Source: Calothrix sp. NIES-2100 (GTDB lineage: Bacteria > Cyanobacteriota > Cyanobacteriia > Cyanobacteriales > Nostocaceae). Taken from it: DNA of 64,000 nucleotides. Numbering within the stretch: position 1 is the first letter of the stretch; every line of letters starts with the position of its first letter. The stretch covers positions 5,337,286 to 5,401,285 of the forward strand of contig AP018178.1 of NCBI GenBank assembly GCA_002368195.1, read 5' to 3'. Of the stretch, positions 57,539-64,000 are shown piece by piece. The notes under the pieces are model-generated. The model was not told the origin of the DNA, did not search any database, and saw only the letters and a program-made list of their open reading frames with translations. The position numbers were made by a program, and so were the translations under genes.

Positions 57539-60016
57539 ATGCCGCAATATTTTGGGAAATTACCAACAACCAACCAACCTTGGAACAATATCGGTGGTGT
57601 ACAAGCTGTAAATTGGAGCGATGCCTACGGTGGTAAACAACGCACTGTTAATTTTGAGTGTGGTAACTCACGGTTACAAATTACCATACTTTCCTCTAAT
57701 TTAGTTCGAGTCAGGTTTGCACCGACTGGGGAATTTACGCCCCGCCGTTCTTGGGCGGTAACAGTGGATGATTCAGAATGGGAAAAAGTACGCTTTGAGG
57801 TGCAAGATACTGAAACGACGGTAGAAATTACAACTGAAAAAATTCGCTTGTGTGTGCAAAAGCAAGATTCTCGCCTAGTTTGCTTTGACAAAGCTAATCG
57901 TCCCTTTGCCGAAGATGTTGATATGGGGATTGGTTGGCGTAGGGGCGCTGTTGCTAGCTGGAAGAAAATTTACGCCGATGAGCATTTTTATGGCTTTGGG
58001 GAACGCACAGGCTTTCTGGATAAACTCAGCCAAGTGAAAACTAACTGGACAGTTGATGCTTTAGATTACGATGCGTTGACTGATGAAATGTACCAAGCCA
58101 TTCCATTTTTTATGGCTTTGCGTCCAGATGTAGGTTATGGCATCTTTTTTAACACGACATTTTGGAGTCAATTTGATATTGGTGCCCAAAAGCCTGGTGT
58201 TTGTCAGATGGAAACTCGCGGCGGAGAGTTAGATTATTACATTATCTATGGACCCGAACCAGCGGATATTTTGCGTACATATACGCAATTAACTGGGAGA
58301 ATGTCGCTACCACCAAAATGGGCGCTAGGTTATCATCAATGTCGCTGGAGTTACGAATCAGAAGATGTGGTGCGGGAACTAGCGCGAGAATTTCGTCAGC
58401 GCCGCATTCCTTGCGATGTCATCCACCTGGATATTGACTATATGCGGGGTTATCGTGTGTTTACCTGGAGTCCGAAACGCTTTCCCGAACCCGCAAAATT
58501 GGTAAGTGATTTGGCTCAAGCTGGTTTTAAGACAGTGACAATTATCGACCCAGGTGTGAAGTATGAGCCAGAAGCCAATTATCACGTTTTCGATCAAGGA
58601 ATAGCCAACGATTATTTTGTGCGTAAAGCCGATGGCGTGTTATTTCACGGCTATGTGTGGCCGGAAAAGGCTGTTTTTCCTGATTTTTTACGTTCTGATG
58701 TGCGTCAATGGTGGGGTGATTTACACAAAAGCCTCACCGATATTGGTGTGGCAGGAATCTGGAATGATATGAATGAACCCGCCATAGATACTCGCCCCTT
58801 TGGGGATGGGGGGGAGAAGATTTGGTTTCCTCTGGATGCGCCGCAGGGGGATGGGGGGGATGAGGGGGACAAACAGACGCGGGGACGCGGGGATGAAACA
58901 GATGGGGGGGATGAGGGGGATGAGGGGGATCAGGCAAAAAGCGAAAATGTCTCCGCGTCCCCGTGTCCTCGCGTCCCCGTGTCCTCTTCCACTCATCTAG
59001 AGGTGCATAATTTGTATGGGTTGATGATGGCTAAAGCTTGTGCTGAAGGGTTGCAGCGCCATCGGCAAAAAGAGCGATCGTTTGTGTTGACACGTTCTGG
59101 TTATGCTGGGGTGCAGCGTTGGTCTTCGGTGTGGATGGGGGATAACCATTCATTGTGGGAGCATTTGGAAATGTCCTTACCCATGCTGTGTAACATGGGG
59201 CTTTCGGGTGTGGCGTTTGTCGGTTGTGATATTGGTGGGTTTGCAGGTAACGCCACTGCGGAGTTATTTGCCCGGTGGATGCAGGTAGGAATGCTTTACC
59301 CACTGATGCGCGGACATTCTGCCATGTCTACGGCGCGTCATGAACCTTGGGTATTTGGCGATCGCACAGAAAATATCTGTCGGGAATATATTAACCTGCG
59401 CTATCAGCTATTACCTTACATCTACAATCTGTTTTGGGAAGCGGCACAAACAGGCGCTCCGATTTTAAGACCACTATTTTACCATTATCCGCGCGATCGC
59501 CAAACCTACACCCTTTACGATCAGGTATTTCTGGGAGCTTCTCTGATGGCTGCACCGATTTACCGTCCTGGCGTTGAGTACCGCGCTGTCTATTTACCCG
59601 CAGGTACTTGGTATGACTGGTGGACTGGAGAAAAATACACAGGCCCTACCCATATTTTGGCCCATGCACCATTAGAAAGAATGCCACTTTATGTCCGTGG
59701 TGGCGCCATCATCCCCATGCAACCTGTGCAGCAATATGTCGATGAACTTCCACAAAACTTACTGCATTTGCGTATTTGGCCTGGTGAGAACCAATACTTA
59801 TTTTTTGAAGATGATGGTATCACCAATAATAGTCATAATCAAAACTACTCTTTACGAGAAATCAGGGTATATACGCAAGAAAATCAAACCGTCGTTGATA
59901 TTGTTAAAAGAGTAGGGGAATGGATACCACCAAAAAGAGAAATAATTGTTGAAGTAGTCGGCATTGGCGAACAACGCTTTACTGATGATGGCGGCGCATA
60001 TATCTTGAGATTTTAA
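57539..60016 (+). CDS. Glycoside hydrolase family 31 alpha-glucosidase, 825 aa, with an in-frame low-complexity insertion.
   Basis: GIWNDMNEP is the GH31 catalytic-nucleophile signature. HLDIDYM and WMGDN are supporting motifs. Confidence 0.85.
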   Translation: MPQYFGKLPTTNQPWNNIGGVQAVNWSDAYGGKQRTVNFECGNSRLQITILSSNLVRVRFAPTGEFTPRRSWAVTVDDSEWEKVRFEVQDTETTVEITTEKIRLCVQKQDSRLVCFDKANRPFAEDVDMGIGWRRGAVASWKKIYADEHFYGFGERTGFLDKLSQVKTNWTVDALDYDALTDEMYQAIPFFMALRPDVGYGIFFNTTFWSQFDIGAQKPGVCQMETRGGELDYYIIYGPEPADILRTYTQLTGRMSLPPKWALGYHQCRWSYESEDVVRELAREFRQRRIPCDVIHLDIDYMRGYRVFTWSPKRFPEPAKLVSDLAQAGFKTVTIIDPGVKYEPEANYHVFDQGIANDYFVRKADGVLFHGYVWPEKAVFPDFLRSDVRQWWGDLHKSLTDIGVAGIWNDMNEPAIDTRPFGDGGEKIWFPLDAPQGDGGDEGDKQTRGRGDETDGGDEGDEGDQAKSENVSASPCPRVPVSSSTHLEVHNLYGLMMAKACAEGLQRHRQKERSFVLTRSGYAGVQRWSSVWMGDNHSLWEHLEMSLPMLCNMGLSGVAFVGCDIGGFAGNATAELFARWMQVGMLYPLMRGHSAMSTARHEPWVFGDRTENICREYINLRYQLLPYIYNLFWEAAQTGAPILRPLFYHYPRDRQTYTLYDQVFLGASLMAAPIYRPGVEYRAVYLPAGTWYDWWTGEKYTGPTHILAHAPLERMPLYVRGGAIIPMQPVQQYVDELPQNLLHLRIWPGENQYLFFEDDGITNNSHNQNYSLREIRVYTQENQTVVDIVKRVGEWIPPKREIIVEVVGIGEQRFTDDGGAYILRF
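58795..58990. repeat. STRR-like GGGGATGA/GGGGACAA heptamer cluster plus inverted repeat (gacgcggggacgcgggg / ccccgtgtcctcgcgtccccgtgtcc) embedded in-frame in the GH31 CDS.
   Basis: Same units as the intergenic array at 50580..50660 (reverse complement). It encodes GDGGDEGDKQTRGRGDETDGGDEGDEGDQ...SASPCPRVPVSSS. Confidence 0.75.
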
Positions 60017-60059
60017 AATCTACACTAGGATATATTTTTGAAAACACCAGAGGGGCGGC

Positions 60060-60210
60060 ACTTCGATTTCTCTGCGAGACGCTACGCGCTAAGCGTAAAG
60101 CCTACGGCATAGCTTCTCCTATCGGAGAGGCTGCGCCCTAAGCGTTGGCGCAGCCTCTCCGCAGGAGAAGCTATGCCCAATGCCCAATGCCCAATGCCCA
60201 ATGCCCAATA
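60060..60210. repeat. Third copy of the dispersed repeat family (inverted orientation, forms a perfect hairpin ggagaggctgcgcc-ctaagcgtt-ggcgcagcctctcc) followed by (CAATGCC) x5 STRR units.
   Basis: Read directly. Confidence 0.75.
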
Positions 60211-60339
60211 AAATATGCATATAGATAGATGAAACTATAAATCAAGTATAAGTATTATAAAATACCAGAATATATCCCTCTAGACTCAAAAAACCTTGAA
60301 ATTTGCTCGGCACGTTTAGATGGGGTTACAAAAACCTGG

Positions 60340-63300
60340 ATGTTAAACAGAAACCGCTGGTATCTGCAAGTTCTCGACCAAGTCCCCAGTAAACCGTTAA
60401 TAGTACAAATCAGTAGTGCGATCGCCATATTCATCGGCGGATTTGTACTTATTGGCTGGGGTTTCGATATTGAATTTCTCAAATGTTTCTGCTCTAGTGG
60501 TTTAGTGACCATGAAGGCAAATACAGCCTTGGGTTTTATACTGTCTGGTGTGTCACTGTGGTTAGTTCAGAATCTCAAGACAGAAAAAGGTACTTCTCTC
60601 CAAAATAACGCCCACCACCTTTGGGTTTCGCGGCTGTGTGCAGTAGCAGTATTGATGCTTGGGTTGTTAACAGTCGTTCAATATATCTTTGGGAAGAATT
60701 TTGGCATTGACGAGTTGTTATTCCCCGATTCGCCAAATGCTATATTCACATCGCGGCCAGGACGAATGGGATTGAACACTGCACTTGACTTTATGCTCGT
60801 CGGTAGATCCCTAGAGCTAGCAGTGCATCAAAAAACCGATCGTAGCTATTGGTATTCCCAAATTCTCGCCCTCATAGCTGCTTTAATTTCCTTGCAGGCG
60901 TTAATTGGCTATACCTATCAAGTACAAAGTTTGTATGGCTTACAACCTTATACAACTTCAATGGCCTTACACACAGCTATAACTTTTATAATGCTGTGTA
61001 TTGGTATTATGTGGACAAATCCAAACCAGGGATTAATGCGAATAATTACAAGCAATACCGACAGCGGTTTGTTGTCCCGCAGATTATTATTTGCGGCGAT
61101 CGCAGTTCCTTTGCTAGTAGGGTGGTTAATTGTTCTTGGTCAAAAAATAGGTCAATATGATACGGCGTTTGCCATATCATTATTTGCCATTATCATCATG
61201 GTGATTTTTGCCATTATCATCTGGCAAAGTGCAGCAGTAGTTGAACGCCTCAGTAAACAACGCGATCGCGTTCAAGATGAACTAAAAGCTTACGAAGAAA
61301 AACTCGGAAGTCTTGTAGATGCTAATTTAATCGGCATTATGTTTGCTGATATATATGGCGGTATCCAGCAAGCAAATAATGAATTTTTATCCCTGATTGG
61401 CTACACGCGGGAAGATTTATTAGCCGGGAGGATCAGCTGGAGCGAGATCACACCCCCAGAATACTTATATTTGGATGAGCAGGGAATCGCCCAAGCCCAA
61501 GCAAATGCGAATGGTGCTTGTACGCCCTATGAAAAAGAATATATCCGCAAAGATGGCAGCCGTATACCGGTGTTAGTTGGTTACGTACTGTTGGGAGAAC
61601 AACGCCAAGATTCAGTAGCATTTATTATCAACTTAAGTGAACGTCAACAGGCAAAACAACAAATAGTCCAGCTCAACAAGGATCTTCAGCGCCGTGTCAC
61701 TGAGTTACAAACTTTGCTTGATGTTATCCCCATTGGCATTGGTATTGCCGAAGATCCTGAATGTGAAAGTATTAGAGTTAATCCCGCTTTTGCCAAACAG
61801 TTAGGGATTTCGCCGGATAACAACGCCTCCTTGACTGCGCCACTTGAGGAGAGACCAAATTTTAAACTCTACCGTGAGGGTAAGGAAATATCAGGACAAG
61901 AACTCCCCATGCAGTATGCTGCTGCTCATGGCGTTGAAGTTGTAGATTTTGAGCTAGAGATATTACAGGAAAATGGTAAATTAGTCAAGTTATTAGAGTA
62001 TGTTGCACCTTTGTTTGACGAAGAAGGTAATACTAGAGGCTGCATCGGTGCATTTTTGGATATTACAGAACGCAAGCAAGCTGAGGAATTGCTACGAAAT
62101 CAGCAAAAATGGCTGGAAGATGTACTCAATCTCATGCCCAGACCACTAATATTTATAGAACCAGGAACAGCACGGGTAACTTTCGCTAATCGCGCCGCCG
62201 ACGAAGTAGCTGGGGGCGAATTTCCCAAAGGGATAGCAGCAGCAGATTACCACAAGTTTTATTATTATACTGATGCTCACGGCGATCGCCTTGCCAACGA
62301 CCAAATGCCAGGAGTGCGGGTTGCTCGTGGAGAACGCCTGGATGGGTTAGAGGTAGACTGGCATACAAATCAAGGTGTGCGTTCTCTATTGATATTTGCT
62401 GATACAATGCCTGCAATGCATGGTTATCCAGCTACCTGTGTATTAGTTTTCCAAGATATTACCAATATCAAGCAAGTAGAAAAAGCCCTTTCTTTAGGCT
62501 ACAAAAGACTTAAACTGCTATTTGATACTGCTAGTGAATTATTATCCAGTCAAAATCCTGTGGCATTAGTTGATAGCTTATTCCGTCAACTTGCCGAGCA
62601 AATTGGGTTAGATATGTATCTAAATTACTTGATAGAAGACAACTCTCAGGTAATGCATCTAGCCTCATCCACGGGTATTTCTGAAGAACTGGCAAAAGAA
62701 ATCGAGTACTTGGCGGTGGGTACAGCAGTATGTGGGACGACAGCCCAAACAAAGTGTCAGGTTACCTTAGATAATGTCCAGCAATCAACTGACCCAAAAA
62801 CAGCATTGATTCGCTCTATCGGCATTACAGCTTACTACAGTTACCCGTTAATTACTCAAGGGCAGCTTTTAGGTACTCTTTCCTTTGGCAGCCGCACTCG
62901 CACTCGCTTCAGTGATAATCAAAAGGGAATGATGCAAGCAGTTTGCGATCAAATAGCGATCGCAATGGAACGGGCGCGGTTAATTACTTCTTTGCAACAA
63001 CAAACTGAGCAGTTGCAAGAAGCAAACCGAATGAAAGATGAATTTTTGGCGATATTGTCCCATGAATTGCGATCGCCCCTCAACGCTATCCTCGGTTGGG
63101 CACAATTGCTACGTTCCCGTAATCTCAACGAAACTCAAGCGAGTAGGGGTTTGGAAACAATCGAACGCAATGCCAGAATCCAAACCCAGCTAATTGAAGA
63201 CTTGCTGGATATTTCGCGGATGATTAGAGGAAAGTTGCGTTTGAATGTGGCGACTTGCAATCTGATTTCCATTATTAACTCAGCCTTAGAGACGGTTCAC

Positions 63301-64000
63301 CTAGCAGCCCAAGTCAAGGAAATCGATGTGCAATTTTCTCTACCGGAGCAGGAATCAGTAGCAAATAATCGCAGTAGTGAATTTTTAGTTTCCGGCGATG
63401 CCGAACGCTTACAGCAGATCATTTGGAATTTATTATCCAACGCCATCAAATTTACTTCTCCAGGTGGTAAAATAGAAATTAGGATGGCAAAACTCGTCGA
63501 AAAATGCAAAGGTAATCTGACTAGCTACGCTCAGATTCAAGTAATTGACACAGGTATTGGTATTAGTTCCGAGTTTCTGCCTTACGTATTTGATAGATTT
63601 CGTCAAGCTGATAGTTCCAGTACCAGAAAACATGGTGGACTAGGATTAGGGTTAGCAATTGTCCGTCATTTAGTAGAACTGCATGGCGGTACAGTGCAAG
63701 TCGATAGTCCAGGTGAGGAGCAAGGCGCGACATTTACAGTCAAGCTACCGCTGTTGTCGCCAACACAAGCAACAATTTCCTCCCTACACAAAGAAGATGA
63801 TTCCGCGTCGGTTTTGTATCCTTCCTTGTTAGGCGTGCGAGTCCTAGTAGTAGACGACGAAGTTGATAGCCGGGAATTTATCACCACCGTACTTCAACAA
63901 TCCCAAGCCGAAGTGCAAGCAGCAGCATCAGTACCAGAAGCATTGCAGATAATTCAAGAGTGGAAACCAGATGTGATTGTCAGTGACATCGGTATGCCGA
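60340..64000 (+). CDS. Hybrid sensor histidine kinase, partial (runs off the right edge). Membrane sensor domain (about 7 TM), PAS x3, GAF, HisKA, HATPase_c, then the start of a receiver domain.
   Basis: Hand translation from ATG 60340. The nearest in-frame upstream stop is at 60238 with no alternative start. H-box EFLAILSHELRSPLNAI. G-boxes IDTGIGIS and GGLGLGLAIV. Receiver start VLVVDDEVDSRE...DIGMP at the edge. Not in the ORF track because it is open-ended. Confidence 0.85.
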   Translation, partial: MLNRNRWYLQVLDQVPSKPLIVQISSAIAIFIGGFVLIGWGFDIEFLKCFCSSGLVTMKANTALGFILSGVSLWLVQNLKTEKGTSLQNNAHHLWVSRLCAVAVLMLGLLTVVQYIFGKNFGIDELLFPDSPNAIFTSRPGRMGLNTALDFMLVGRSLELAVHQKTDRSYWYSQILALIAALISLQALIGYTYQVQSLYGLQPYTTSMALHTAITFIMLCIGIMWTNPNQGLMRIITSNTDSGLLSRRLLFAAIAVPLLVGWLIVLGQKIGQYDTAFAISLFAIIIMVIFAIIIWQSAAVVERLSKQRDRVQDELKAYEEKLGSLVDANLIGIMFADIYGGIQQANNEFLSLIGYTREDLLAGRISWSEITPPEYLYLDEQGIAQAQANANGACTPYEKEYIRKDGSRIPVLVGYVLLGEQRQDSVAFIINLSERQQAKQQIVQLNKDLQRRVTELQTLLDVIPIGIGIAEDPECESIRVNPAFAKQLGISPDNNASLTAPLEERPNFKLYREGKEISGQELPMQYAAAHGVEVVDFELEILQENGKLVKLLEYVAPLFDEEGNTRGCIGAFLDITERKQAEELLRNQQKWLEDVLNLMPRPLIFIEPGTARVTFANRAADEVAGGEFPKGIAAADYHKFYYYTDAHGDRLANDQMPGVRVARGERLDGLEVDWHTNQGVRSLLIFADTMPAMHGYPATCVLVFQDITNIKQVEKALSLGYKRLKLLFDTASELLSSQNPVALVDSLFRQLAEQIGLDMYLNYLIEDNSQVMHLASSTGISEELAKEIEYLAVGTAVCGTTAQTKCQVTLDNVQQSTDPKTALIRSIGITAYYSYPLITQGQLLGTLSFGSRTRTRFSDNQKGMMQAVCDQIAIAMERARLITSLQQQTEQLQEANRMKDEFLAILSHELRSPLNAILGWAQLLRSRNLNETQASRGLETIERNARIQTQLIEDLLDISRMIRGKLRLNVATCNLISIINSALETVHLAAQVKEIDVQFSLPEQESVANNRSSEFLVSGDAERLQQIIWNLLSNAIKFTSPGGKIEIRMAKLVEKCKGNLTSYAQIQVIDTGIGISSEFLPYVFDRFRQADSSSTRKHGGLGLGLAIVRHLVELHGGTVQVDSPGEEQGATFTVKLPLLSPTQATISSLHKEDDSASVLYPSLLGVRVLVVDDEVDSREFITTVLQQSQAEVQAAASVPEALQIIQEWKPDVIVSDIGMP

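Noticed and set aside
58721-59000. Proline/histidine-rich ORFs 58734..58937(-), 58721..58996(-), 58800..59000(+).
   Set aside because: They are translation artefacts of the G-rich heptamer repeat inside the GH31 gene, which maintains one long sense frame.
60255-60512. Minus-strand ORF 60255..60512.
   Set aside because: It overlaps the start of the well-supported hybrid histidine kinase on the plus strand.
1-64000. Search for tRNA/rRNA genes.
   Set aside because: No GTTCGAATC-type T-arm or rRNA-like conserved blocks were recognised by eye. A tRNAscan/Infernal run would be needed to exclude small RNAs rigorously.

Overview
The window looks like a segment of a filamentous (Nostocales-type) cyanobacterial chromosome. 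GCGATCGC (HIP1) octamers are very frequent, several intergenic spacers are filled with STRR-type heptamer arrays, and there are WD40/AAA-like STAND-type proteins. Gene content, left to right: a partial multidomain c-di-GMP enzyme (CBS-GAF-PAS-GGDEF-EAL, minus strand, runs off the left edge, absent from the ORF track); an IS200/IS605-family tnpB-only element with subterminal hairpins; an MscS channel; two AAA-like-domain paralogues, one fused to about 14 WD40 repeats; a putative exopolysaccharide module (REC-HlyD fusion, PelF-like GT4 glycosyltransferase with DUF3492-like N-terminus, spherulin-4-like protein, 600-aa polytopic membrane protein, GalE-type epimerase fused to tandem MshEN-like c-di-GMP-binding motifs); three tandem paralogous giant secreted proteins (conserved N-terminal module, NodB-like deacetylase motif, cadherin-like repeats, RTX repeats), each followed by a conserved hairpin; a 12-TM membrane protein and a TetR regulator; a lower-GC block with a DUF29 pseudogene, a Tiki/TraB/ChaN-like protein, small hypotheticals and a membrane-anchored Ser/Thr kinase; an FAD oxidoreductase; hopanoid side-chain genes hpnK-hpnJ plus a squalene-synthase-family gene separated by STRR arrays; a lipoprotein plus a divergent NRAMP-like transporter; a PRC-barrel pair plus a GH31 alpha-glucosidase carrying an in-frame repeat insertion; and a partial hybrid sensor kinase running off the right edge. 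No rRNA, tRNA or CRISPR array was recognised by eye. The most interesting candidate system is a Pel/GAG-like, c-di-GMP-linked exopolysaccharide locus.
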